Notes: a model not told the origin generated them from the letters alone. Positions 25,601 through 36,365 are shown, counted from the stretch's first letter. The stretch: 64,000 bases of DNA from Takakia lepidozioides (GCA_030704615.1 CM060732.1:58652001-58716000), one strand, 5' to 3'. Program-made: numbers and translations.

Positions 25601-26074
25601 ATGAACCAAGCGACGCTACAAACTCCAAACATGTTGGTAAAGATGATAGAAAACAGGGAGGGCAAAAACCTGGAGAAAAGAAGCATCAGGTGCAAGCGCT
25701 TTAAGAAATGCATGACCCTCGCTGGCCGTGCGGTCTCGAATGTAGGCATCAGCCTTGCTTAATGTGCGGGTCTTGAAGAAATTTTCGGCCTGGCTTACAG
25801 TCCTTATCTTGAGCTTTTCTGGGGCCATTGGAAATTTGGACGAGCCTCGCTTCATTGATTCCCTCGTCTTCACGGACCGTCTGCCCTTAACAGATGCTCT
25901 GCCTGGCGTCGTCGACACTCTCACCTTCGTCGAGCCTCTCGATGACGATGAAGTTCTACTTGGGGTCACTGTTGATCTTTTCTTCATGCTAGATGGTCTA
26001 ATAGATGGGGATATCGGTGGCGAGTTGGTCGATACACTTGCAGATACGGACGGTGTGTTCTTCGCACTAGCCAT
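13695..26074 (-). CDS. CFAP100: Cilia- and flagella-associated protein 100 (CCDC37/FAP100, DUF4200 coiled coil), 15-exon model of about 699 aa
   Basis: Phase-compatible exons: 26074-25670, 25225-25163, 24760-24651, 24445-24268, 23466-23371, 22904-22788, 22464-22387, 21947-21894, 17844-17785, 17287-17143, 15880-15747, 15394-15239 (GC donor), 14823-14629, 14418-14248 and 13832-13695. Motifs: KKREIFFVQMSLDTKRAEIRKLEE, LEEDNLEFDAFLKKND, YKEFLLSLTP, FFEHPHQLLEIY, EKAREKERR, GKPPMTRS. The first two exons and any extra exon near 16000 are less certain. Confidence 0.88.
16320..17110. mobile_element. Degenerate MITE-like insertion in a CFAP100 intron
   Basis: TAGGGTGGACCAAA near 16361 is inverted relative to TTTGGTCCACCCTA near 17038. 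The core is AT-rich with scattered ATGGAC motifs. TSD not resolved. Confidence 0.45.
17930..21865 (+). mobile_element. Decayed LINE copy 2 in a CFAP100 intron, antisense to the host gene, with putative ORF1, APE, RT and an inverted 3' segment
   Basis: Upstream ORF 18368-18751, then LFVGCVYMPP and VVLLGDFNARVG (APE), HEGQAGFRRNRG, GVAQGCTLSPLLFN and LMFADD (RT). About 21717-21865 is the next LINE segment in reverse orientation. The 5' boundary is approximate. Confidence 0.9.
23537..23574 (+). mobile_element. 38-bp 3' tip of the LINE family flanked by a perfect 16-bp TSD
   Basis: GCCACAAGGCTACGACAAACAACGTCTTATGAGTACAA matches the LINE copy 1 terminus (3662-3698) and is flanked by TCTTAACTCGATGCTT at 23521-23536 and 23575-23590. 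Confidence 0.92.
23641..23800 (-). mobile_element. 3' end of the second LINE-like family, inverted
   Basis: GAAATG repeats followed by GTACTTTATAGTCCGCAGAAAGCTCATAGAGC form the reverse complement of the terminus seen at 4240-4288 and 4400-4452. Confidence 0.65.
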
Positions 26075-27629
26075 TGTTTTTTACTTTGTCCCCAAAACCC
26101 TCATCCCTCTCTTGTGGCTTTTGATGTATTGGATAGTTGGTAAAGGCAGGTATAGTAGGAGGCCTCACATATTGCAATGTTTGACATCACATCCGTGCAA
26201 TCACAGTGACGACGTTGCACTCTTCACAACACAATCTTCACAACAATTTCGCGGAGGACTTGCTCGAACCTCTCCAGAATCCAGATCGTGTCGAAAGAGA
26301 GAGACCATTAAGGCGAGTGCTGCACCGTGGGACCCATCCATTGGTTTGGCGCCAAAATCGAACTACAAACTTGAGTTTCGTCTGTGCCGTCGTCCTGGAA
26401 GACGGATTCGTTTCACTTCGTCCCTTTGTTGTAGGCTTGGTCACCGTTGGTAGTTGGTACGTGTTGGTGACGATGACAATCACCACCTTCTTCATGGGGA
26501 AATACTGTGTGGACCGTCCTTCCCTTCCAGCTTTGATTCTCGATGTCCTTGTGGGAGATCTGCGATGAGGTATTTATATTGTCCTTCTTTCCTCGTTCCT
26601 GTCATCTGTTTATGTTATTGTTATGAAGATCGTGAGTTCTCACAATGCCATTAGCTTGCCTGCGACAATGTTCCGTCTTTCTCTGGATTTTTACGTAGTT
26701 ATGAATAATGCGGCCCCCACACGCAGTTCTAAGGCTTCTCTTCAGTGAATAGACACCGATGCCAGTATTTTTAAGGAGCGTCGGTGTGTATTCGTCTGTT
26801 TCTTTGCTGAATCCGCGTGTAATGGATATTAGACATCATAGTTCCAACTCTGTGGTTGCATACTACAGTGCGAAAGCGGTTTTTTTTCGTCCTCGAGGTT
26901 TGCAAGGGCACGAGTAACATGCTGAAGCTCAGTCGATCAGCCGGCACAGAAGCTGACAAGAGATTAGTTGGAAGGAAAAGTTTGCAAATTATCCTGTGAA
27001 AGTTGTCGGGGTCTGTTTGCGAATCTAGTGTAGAGTGAAACAATATCCTGCCTGCTCACCGTTGCACCTTTATATGTGCATCAACATGCGATAGAAGTAG
27101 ACCATAACACCTTCTCACATCAAATCCGCATCGACTCCCTCCTGTTCTTCCCTCCAACTCCTTCACAAGTAAGGTTGATAGTAACCAGCTGCTGCGAGAG
27201 AGACACCCGCCGCTTCCATCTTGTCACTTTCATAACTTCTTTCGAACTCTGGCTCTTCAATCTCTTCAGTCTTGCTGGAGTGGCTGAAATGTAACCGCTA
27301 GGCAAAACAATGGAAAAACCTAAATTCTTCTCTGCCAAGAGTTGGGATCATAGAAAACGCCTTAACAAATATTCGAATAGTTGTGGATTGGTGTCACAAA
27401 GGTGTCCACCTTCCTGTTGGAAGGCGGCAGCCCTTCGCGGTCAAGTGACACCATAATTTACGCTTCCTTCGGGAGGCGTCATATATTATTATTATGCTAC
27501 AACTTCTAGGATTGTCCGCATTTTGATGGGAAGGCATGAAATGCCCTTGCAGCATCTGGCAGGAGAGAAATAATTCGTGTGTCTCCCAGTAATCTCTGTG
27601 CATTTGGAGCACTGCAAAAGTGGAGGACA

Positions 27630-30163
27630 ATGGAGCATTTCGCTTGCTCGGTTTCTGCTGTCAGCATCTCTCCCCTCCGAGAACTTGGAAGTGAGCTACC
27701 ACCGCTCTTTCCTCTTGTCGACGATTGTGGACTTCCAACCATCTCAGCAGATGTTGTAAGTCTCCTCTTTGGCTTCTCAAACACCGTTAATGTGAAACAC
27801 TCCGTCACGCTTGGGAAAACAAGGGGTGAGGGCGTGTTGAGGTAGGAGAGTCAAGATTTTTCGATTCTCTCGTATTTTTGTAGTCTGAAGATATTTCATT
27901 GCTCGACCATCATGTCTGCAGGTTCAGAGTCGGAATTTAACGTCACTTTTGGATACGTGTAGAGGATTGTATTTATGAGCGCCAAAGAGAGCTGAGGTAG
28001 TGTAAGCCGCACTACCAAAAACGTCCGCTACAGCGTCTTGGTCTAAAAGCAATAGGCTCCCAGTTGAGGGGCAAAAGTTAACGCCGTTCCGCACAAATCG
28101 CGTGCAGCTCAAGAAAATCATAACAGGAGAGCAGGGTTGCAATGCTGAATCAGTTGTGATAATAGACTCCCGCCACAACTACGAGTATGCAGGCGGCCAC
28201 ATCAAGGTTAGTGACAACATTCTACAAGGTTGTCCACCTTGCTTAAGCTGAGTTGCAGCAAGTATGACTTCTCAAAACACAACAAAACTCGCTTGACCAG
28301 GTTGTTTTAATTTGTGCTGGCTACTCTGGATTACTATTAGATTGACAAAACCTTGAGTTACTTTGAGGCTTTCTTGCTACCAGAATTGAACAAAAGGATT
28401 TACCCTGGTCCTGACTGATTCACAAACATGTTCTGTTGCACTGGCACTGCCTGAGTAACACACATTCTTTTCTGTTGAATAATGAAAGTTAAGCAGCTAA
28501 GCAGAGGTTTCTATGGATTCAATGATGTCTTCAATCTTTGTTTTCAGGCTGACTCTAGTTTTGAGCCTACATTGTCCTAGACCTTCGCTCAACTGAGGAC
28601 ATCTGTAATCAAGAGCTATGAATCCCTATGACTGCTAGATTGAATCTTGGAAAGGCATGGAAAGGCATACCCCTTGTAGATTACAAAGGGATAGTGGGTG
28701 CAGCTTTATCAATGTTTGGGATTGAAGAATGAATGTATTCAGGAGACTTACAGTGCCAGGGAAGTCTATTCTAGAATAATTGAGCTCGTAGAGATACCTA
28801 AATGGGCATGAAGAGGACAGAATCCATCGGAAGATTGATTGGATATGCAGGGTGCTATAAATCTGAGTGACCCTAGCTCCATTGAGGACTTCTACACAGC
28901 ACATATAGACAAGGGAAAGCATCTTGCTATCATCTTCCATTGTGAGTTCTCTTCTGCAAGGGCACCTAAGCTGTAAGTGGCTTGCCCACTCTGACACCTT
29001 TTTTCACCAGGTATGCTTATATAGTAGTAGTATAAGATGAGTAGGAGAGCTTGACACCAGGGTTGGGAGCAGCTTGGGAAAGGCTTACCCAAGTTGGCAT
29101 AACAGTGTGGCATCACATATACACCAAGGCTTTTTCTTGCAGTAGTAACTTGTGTTGTCACTCCGTTGACGAGGTTCCGCTTGTTTGTTATGAAGGCCGC
29201 GGCATATTTGAAAATTGACCTTTCAGTTTGACCTAAAGCCATGGCGTCAGTGGTTGCATATGAAACTGAGATCAACTTCCTTTTCTCCATAGTACAGTCG
29301 TATGGCAACTTGCCTGATGCTTTGTGTGAATGGCCAGTTTAGCTCTCTATTTTTTTCTGATTGCAGGTTCAGCCACATGCGCAACATAGACAGGGTTAAA
29401 CACATGGCAACATACCCAGAGTTGGCTTTTCCAAACATGTTCCTTCTGCAGGGTGGATACAAAGCTTTTTTTGAGCAGCATCCGGTGAGCGACCCCTTAA
29501 AGACTTACTTGCTGTAAAGACTAAACAGAAGTAGGATTTTGCTTGTCTGTTTGCTTCAAGGTTACAAGATCGATCTGATTACAGGAATTGTTTATTTGTG
29601 GATCATCGTTCAGAAACATGTTATTTAATCGGTACAAGGCTTCTATTGGGTGGCCATCAGTAGGTCTGTCCAAAGTAGCCACAAGGTAATCCATCAGGAA
29701 GCTCACTGCCAATTCAATGAGTGCTTTGGCTAGTTCTTCCCAGCTTTTGGTTGCTTTTGCCAGGCATTGGTTACAGCCTGGAGGCGACTGCAAGCCTAAA
29801 GGGAGCGTGATTAGCAGGGACATTGGCCGGGAAGCCAAGCAGATGCCATTCGCTTGACATTCTCCTGCTTTAATTGCAAACGGAGAGGGGGAATCTGAAC
29901 ACAACTTGGTCCTTTTGTGGTCTGGTATTCTGCAGGAGCTGTGTGAGCCAAGAGAGTACATCAAGATGTCAGATCCCAAGTATCTGGAGCAACTGCGGTT
30001 TGCAGCTACCTCCATGAAGAAGAGTTGGGCTCAGCGCACAAAGGGACCCAATGGTCTCCAGAGCTGTGACCATGATGGACCTTTGCTGGATGTCTCAAAT
30101 GTGCTGAAGTCAACAGAAACCACCACAAGCTCGTGTTCCCTCTCATTATCATTTGGTCGATAA
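27630..30163 (+). CDS. CDC25: Cdc25-type M-phase inducer phosphatase (rhodanese fold), 5-exon model of about 230 aa
   Basis: GT-AG exons 27630-27755, 28108-28206, 28851-28972, 29367-29484 and 29936-30163 join in frame: LPTISADVLKKIITGE..VVIIDSRHNYEYAGGHIKGAINL..IIFHCEFSSARAPKLFSHMRNIDR..YPELAFPNMFLLQGGYKAFFEQHPELCEPREYIKM. The start codon and any upstream exons are uncertain. Confidence 0.9.
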
Positions 30164-32320
30164 GTAGCGAAAAATTGGATGTGGTGTAGCACACCCACTC
30201 TTTAGCTCGGTGTCCTGCTGGTGGTTCACTGTTCCCACTTGTTGTGTACCGTGTGCCACTGGTTGCCTCTCACCCCCATCACTGGAAGGGATCTCAATCA
30301 ATTCATTTCTTCCTCTTCCTGACAGCAAGTTGGGGTTAGCCTTTGGCTGTAGTAACTGAAACTGATGAAGAGTTAAGAATCCAAACATCAACGTGATAAC
30401 AGAGTTATCCGTAAAGTGAGCCTGAGTTTGGTACCCAGTTAGAACCCGAGTTTCTCATTTCATCCTGAGTTTGAGTAAATCCACGAAGTTCAGAAAACTG
30501 GGCACGAAGTCAGAAAAGAGGGCACCAATTCAAAAACTGGGGATGATGGCACAAGCTCGTGAGCTCTGACTGCCTCCGCCTCTACGAGGAACAAAACACG
30601 GGTCCAAACTCCCCCCACGACCATTTCCCTATGTCCTGGCAGTTTGGTCCCGTATTTTTTTCTAATGGTACCCTCACGTCCTGATTTGCAGCTGACGAAT
30701 CTTCTTTCGTCATTAGTTTTTATGAGGCTATTATCGGAAACTAAACTCAAACTGAATGTGTGGACAGGGACAAAACTTGATTCTATATGCATGACTGTAA
30801 TCACTTGTCAGCTGGGGCTTGAGATTTGTAACCTAGGAGAAGCACATCATTGGCTTCAACGCAAATCCAAATCTTTCCCGCGACACATGCTAAAGTCTTA
30901 GAACCATTGGTCATGCAGGTTATGTTGTGTGACGATACGAGTAACAGAACTGCAGCCAATGACATCCCATTCAGTTTGGGCTGTACTGATACTATGTCAG
31001 ATTGCATTCTCTCCTCGCTGTATTCCTCTTTGGGGGAGTTTGCAAGTCAATACAAGAGTTTAGGAAATAGCATCTGTCTGATACATTCACTTACCAAGAA
31101 AAGGGGCAGTAGCCGAAAGGTAGTTCCGCTGGCTTGGCCAGTGTCTTCTCTCTCTTAGCACCAAACTACTCTGGGGTCCTGCAAACCCTCGTGCCCTAGA
31201 GCAAAATAAATGGGTGCCTCAAGTCTCAATCTACAATGGTGTGAAACTTCAGTGTCATGACATTGGTAACTTCCAATCTAGTACAACTATCTTCAGATCA
31301 AAGAGGGCATATGAAATATGTCAAGTGAATAATAACTGAATTTTGAGACATGGCAACTCGGGAGAACAAATCTTCTCAGGTCTTATGAAGTAGAGAAATA
31401 CAAAAAAAGAAGAATTTCAACAATAAATCAGTCAACTCCGGAGACCTTCAATAAACTAAAACACGAATCAATTCTGCCCAAGCTTGCCTTCATTGTGCAA
31501 CATGGATTATGGTAGAAAATTGGCAAACAAATCTATGATTCCTGAGGTTTTGGCCCCACTAGCAATCAGTGGGCTTCATTTGTGTGAGCTCAGCTATCAA
31601 CTTGGAAAGTGGGATTAGACCCTATTGCAATAATCTCCAATCATGCTGTGTTGGTTTGCATGTTTAAACATAGACAGTCCAAAGCCAATGAGCTGCACCA
31701 GTGATCATCTGATTCTAGACACAAACCTCCACCTTCACCTATGCAAACAATACACTTTGATAAAACCTGCCAAGTGTGTTTCTCAATCCACTATTGCAGG
31801 GAAGATTGGGCAAGAAACACTGGGGAAGAAACTTTCAGTAACAAAGGCAGCCTTACCTTAAGTACCAAGTCCCAGTTATAGAGGGCGTCATGGTGGTCTC
31901 CTGCCAAAACATTTCACTGAAAATCATCATACTTCTCTCATAAGCAGCCGTGACTCCTACGCATTGCGTCATATCTGGAAGCAGCCTAAACTCTTTCATC
32001 CTCTCCATTTCAGTGGAACTCATGTACAAACACATAATCCATCGCTACCTCATTGACAGACTCACCGTGTAACAACATCACATCCAATCTTATTGTGTTC
32101 AGGTCTGATGGTGGTATGTAATAAGCCCCAGGACCAATGCAACTATGTTCGGAAGAAAGAATATTCCAGTTGCATTATTAACCAGCTCTCCGCCTTACAG
32201 TTTGAGTTTCCTTTTGTTTATCATTCACTTGAATGGATCGATTGAGTGGATGAACACTCAAACTATAAATGGACCTGAGTGACTCATCTTGTCATTAATC
32301 TCGCGTCTCAAAAGGAAGCG

Positions 32321-32665
32321 ATGGAGGCTAAGATGCGCTTGAGCGCTCGTTTGGGGGGTCGACTTTCCTCGGGAGCTCACAAGGGCTCTGGGGAATTTGG
32401 AGTCAAGCGAATGAAGAAGAAGAAGGCAGGAGCTAAGCTGCGTTTAAAGGCTCTTTTTACGGGTTCAAAATCCTCGGGAGCTCACAAGGCCGCCTGGGAA
32501 TTTGGGGAAGTCAAGAGAAAATCCAAGAACAAAGCAGGAGCACCACCAAAGCTCTCGTGTGCTGCGGTCCAGGGCAAGCTGAGCGACTTGGTGAGGTCTT
32601 GGCTACGTTCTAAGGGGCAGGTGGGGGAATTGAATTCGCCACCTCATGCTCCAGTGACCCCGTAA
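32321..32665 (+). CDS. Hypothetical small Lys/Arg-rich protein with an internal duplication
   Basis: ATG-started open frame with two copies of SSGAHK..EFG.VKR..KKKAGA. No family recognised. Confidence 0.3.
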   Translation: MEAKMRLSARLGGRLSSGAHKGSGEFGVKRMKKKKAGAKLRLKALFTGSKSSGAHKAAWEFGEVKRKSKNKAGAPPKLSCAAVQGKLSDLVRSWLRSKGQVGELNSPPHAPVTP

Positions 32666-32793
32666 GGGCTTCGCAAAACCAAAAAAAAAAAAACAATAAG
32701 GGTCCTTTGGACCCACCCACGCCAAGTTTTTCGTTTGTTTTTCAAGGAAATTTTCTCAGTTTGTCCTGGATGGAAACCACCTCTAGGTACTAC

Positions 32794-33630
32794 TTAGGTG
32801 AATGCCTTTGAGATTGCTGCGAGCACAATGGAAACAACTGCAGAACTTTGCAGCTGAAAATGTTGTACGCCTGTTCCTCTTGCACTTGTCGGGTGGGAGT
32901 TTAAAGCAGGCAACAGCGAGAGTGCAGTTGGTTCCTTCAAGGGCAAGACAACGCATGATCTGTAGGCTTTGACAAAATGCAAGGGGACTCCGTACTCACT
33001 GGCAATTTGAACTCCTCATGACGAAGTACTCCAAGCTTTCTTCTCTGTGTATGACAACTCCTCTTATTACTCTACGGATTGAATCCACTTTGGATGATGT
33101 GGGCATGCACCTGGTTTCCCTCTGTTAGGCCTTTCCTCTTGATGCACTCCTGCAAGAGACAGACATAGGTTTTGGAAAGCTCGAGGTTTTTCTCGCCAAT
33201 GGTCTTGCCCTCACCCACAGCCACCACTTCGACACCTGCGGAACACCTCAAACGCCGCCACTGCTTTAAAGGAAGCTTCATTTCACCAATGTAGGCTGCT
33301 ATTTTGCACATCCACAAACTCAAAAACAACAGGAAAATCGATCGCACACACAACAAATCGCGGCTTAGTCTGAGCAGTGCTGGGGAGAAGATTGCCGCCG
33401 ATAGTCTTCTCTCCAACTGTCTGGATGTTGACAAGGACACGATCACCCAAGGGCTTCAGAGCTGTGAAATTCGCTGTTGCAGCCCTTAGGCCAAGGCACC
33501 CCCTTGGCAAAGAAGGGAAGAATGCCTGCAAACTTCCGACTTGCACCCGGGCAGATATCGCCCTTAGTCCCTCGAAAGACGCCATTCCAAGGTACGAACT
33601 CACCGCCGATCCCAGCTGTGGCTGCCATCT
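32794..33630 (-). pseudogene. Chimeric pseudogene: 5' part of chloroplast chaperonin CPN20/21 fused to PLS-PPR fragments
   Basis: MASFEGLR transit-like segment and FTALKPLGDRVLV..EKTIGGNLLPSTAQTKP, an intron remnant, then VEVVAVGEGKTIG (GroES fold) joined in frame to TYVCLLQECIKRKGLTEGNQVHAHIIQSG, which resembles the first repeats of the 34122 PPR gene. Degenerate E-domain-like sequence follows downstream. Confidence 0.75.
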
Positions 33631-34121
33631 CTTGTCCGAATCTGCATCTAGTTGTTGCAACAGTAACTCTACACAAGATCAACAGACAAGAATTGTGAGC
33701 CGTGAAGCTCAATTGACAAAGGCGAAGTACTTCCGGATATTAAAATATTCACAATTCACACCTATTACACCGCACTGTGTCAAAATGGTCTGCTTGGGAA
33801 CCACAACCCACAAGACGTCAAGTACTGCAAAAAAACACACATGAAGCAAAACTTCTTGCTTTCACATTCCATCTCTTCCCTTGTTCTCTCCTGTTTATCA
33901 GCAGTAAAGCCAGTGTTAGAAACTTCATCTTGCTTTCACATCTTTGTACTGTCCTCAATTGTTAGCCCTCACAGTTCAACTTGAACTCACATTCGAGGCA
34001 ATGTGCTAGTGTCAATCTGGATAACGAACGCCAGAAGCATGTTGTGACAAGTTACTATCATCCCGAGCAGTAGTACTCTAGTATTTTTCACACTATTCCT
34101 TAGAGTTTTGGGTCATGCAGG

Positions 34122-36365
34122 GTGGCAGGGTTGAATCAGGCCCAGTTGTTTGCTGGATATGAGACTGGCAGCAAGGGTAGCATCTCCACCATCACCACTG
34201 CTTTTGACAGAGGACCAAGAGACGGACTCCACAGTAATTCTTTTGGAATTTGTGCCCATATGAGGACATTGTGTAAGACAGGACGACTGAAAGAGGCGCT
34301 GCACATTTTGAGCCAACAAGGCATTCTGGTCGACTCTAATACTTATGTGTGTGTGTTGCAGGAGTGCATCAAAATGAAAGGCCTAGCAGAGGGAAAGCAG
34401 GTTCACACCCACATTATGCAAAATGGAGTGAAGCCGAACATTTTTTTATTCAATACCCTTTTAAATATGTACGCCAAACTTGGGAGCATGGTGGATGCAC
34501 ACCAAGTGTTGGACAAAATGCCTGAACGCAATATCTGTACGTGGAATACAATCATAGCAGGGAATGCCAAGCATGGATTTAAAAGGGAGGCTTTGAAGAT
34601 CTATGAGCAAATGCAACAGGAAGGGGTGACTCCGAACAGGGTCACATTTACTTGTGTTCTCAATGCATGTGCGAGTCTAGGAGACCTGGTAAAGGGCAGA
34701 GAGATCCATGCAGACATCACCAATAGTGGAGTTACTCCAGATTTGATTCTAGCAAATACCCTTGCTGATATGTATGCCAAGTGCAGCAGCATAAAGGATG
34801 CATGGCAAGTCTTCAACGGTATGACCACACGAGATGTAGTCTCATGGAACGTGATGATTACTGGATATGCTCACCATGGGTGTGGCAGGGAGGCTTTGGA
34901 GATTTATCAGCTAATGATCGGGGAAGGGTTCATGCCTAGCAAGATCACATTCATTTGTGCTCTCAATGCATGTGCAAGCCTAGGAGCCCTGGAAAAGGGT
35001 AAAGGAGTCCATTTTGACATCAGGAAAAGCGGAGTTTTGCCAGATATGATTCTGGAGAATACCCTTGTTGATATGTATGCCAAGTGCGGAAGTGTAAAGG
35101 AGGCACGTCAATTGTTCGACAAAATGAGTAAACGAGATGTGGTTTCATGGAATGCAATGATTGGAGGATATGCTCAGCAGGGGTGGGGCAAGGAGGCTTT
35201 TGAGATGTACGAGCAAATGCAGTGGGAAGAAGTGACACCCGATAGAGTCACGTTTTCTTGCATTCTCCATGCGTGTGCTAGCCTAGGAGCCCTGGTAAAG
35301 GGCAAAATGGTTCATGCTGACATCAGCAAAAGTGAAATTGCACAAGATATAATTCTGGGGAATACTCTTATTGATATGTATGCCAAATGTGGGAGCATAA
35401 AGGATGCACATCATGTGTTCAAGTGTATGGCTCAACAGGATGTGGTCTCGTGGAATGCTATGATTGCAGGATATGCGCAGCATGGGTCTGGTAGGGAGGC
35501 TCTGCAATTATTCAAACAAATGCAGCAGGAAGGCTGGCAGCCGGACAGTAAGACCTTCACATCTCTTCTCTCTGCATGTAGCCATGTGGGTCTAGTGGAT
35601 GAAGGCCGTGAATACTTCAATTCCATGAGTCAACAATTTGGACTCACTCCTACAGGGGAGCATTTTGGGTGCATGGTAGATCTTTTTGGCCGTGCAAAGC
35701 GACTGGACGAGGCAGAGGACTTCATTAGCACAATGCCAATCAAACAAGGTGCTTCAGTGTGGGGGGCATTGCTTGGTGCATGCCGAGTTCATGGCAATGT
35801 TGAGCTAGCAGAACGTGCAGCTAAATGCCTTCTCAAGTTGGATCCACAGCATGCTGCAACATATGTCCTGTTATCAAACATATATTCTGCAGCTGGCAGG
35901 TGGGATGATGGAGCAACGGTGAGAAAAATGATGAAGGACAGGTGTGTTAGGAAGGAACCAGGCTGCAGCTGCATTGAGGTTGAAAACCGGTTGCATTCTT
36001 TCTTTTTAGAAGACAGATTGCATCCACAAATTGAGGAAATCCATTTTGAGCTATGGACATTGACTGAGCGGATGAAGGAGGCAGGGTATGTGCCTGACAC
36101 AAGCTTTGTATTGTACGATATGGAGGAGGAGCAAAAAGAATATTCTCTTTGCCACCACAGTGAGAAGCTGGCCATTGCTTTTGGGCTAATCAGCTCACCC
36201 CCTGGGACATCTATCCGCATCATCAAGAACCTTCGTGTCTGTGGTGACTGCCACACTGCCACAAAGTTCATCTCCAAGATAGTAGGGCGAGCAGTTGTTG
36301 TGAGGGATGTCAACCGTTTTCACCACTTTCATGATGGGGTTTGTTCTTGTGGGGATTACTGGTGA
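34122..36365 (+). CDS. PLS-class PPR protein with E and DYW deaminase domains (organellar C-to-U RNA editing factor)
   Basis: 747-aa frame with repeated P-L-S triplets (VSWNAMI / VTF.C.L.AC / NTLVDMYAKCG), E domain VWGALLGAC, PG box KEPGCS.IE, HSEKLA, CGDCH and a terminal CSCGDYW. An AG acceptor at 34119-34120 suggests an upstream exon; the first in-frame ATG is at 34260. Confidence 0.96.
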   Translation: MAGLNQAQLFAGYETGSKGSISTITTAFDRGPRDGLHSNSFGICAHMRTLCKTGRLKEALHILSQQGILVDSNTYVCVLQECIKMKGLAEGKQVHTHIMQNGVKPNIFLFNTLLNMYAKLGSMVDAHQVLDKMPERNICTWNTIIAGNAKHGFKREALKIYEQMQQEGVTPNRVTFTCVLNACASLGDLVKGREIHADITNSGVTPDLILANTLADMYAKCSSIKDAWQVFNGMTTRDVVSWNVMITGYAHHGCGREALEIYQLMIGEGFMPSKITFICALNACASLGALEKGKGVHFDIRKSGVLPDMILENTLVDMYAKCGSVKEARQLFDKMSKRDVVSWNAMIGGYAQQGWGKEAFEMYEQMQWEEVTPDRVTFSCILHACASLGALVKGKMVHADISKSEIAQDIILGNTLIDMYAKCGSIKDAHHVFKCMAQQDVVSWNAMIAGYAQHGSGREALQLFKQMQQEGWQPDSKTFTSLLSACSHVGLVDEGREYFNSMSQQFGLTPTGEHFGCMVDLFGRAKRLDEAEDFISTMPIKQGASVWGALLGACRVHGNVELAERAAKCLLKLDPQHAATYVLLSNIYSAAGRWDDGATVRKMMKDRCVRKEPGCSCIEVENRLHSFFLEDRLHPQIEEIHFELWTLTERMKEAGYVPDTSFVLYDMEEEQKEYSLCHHSEKLAIAFGLISSPPGTSIRIIKNLRVCGDCHTATKFISKIVGRAVVVRDVNRFHHFHDGVCSCGDYW

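Noticed and set aside
25755-26453. 232-aa + strand ORF
   Set aside because: It is largely antisense to the predicted CFAP100 first exon and has no recognisable motifs.
30420-30790. Possible MITE with GAGTTT/AAACTC motifs downstream of CDC25
   Set aside because: No convincing TIR pair or TSD was found.
31853-32070. Exon-like - strand segment with GTAAG/GTGAG donors
   Set aside because: No recognisable protein or partner exons were found.
35789-36313. 174-aa - strand ORF
   Set aside because: It is antisense to the E/DYW domain of the PPR gene.
35950-36365. DYW domain as a U-to-C (KP-type) editor
   Set aside because: It has a canonical PG box, HSEKLA and a DYW terminus, which indicate the ordinary C-to-U type.
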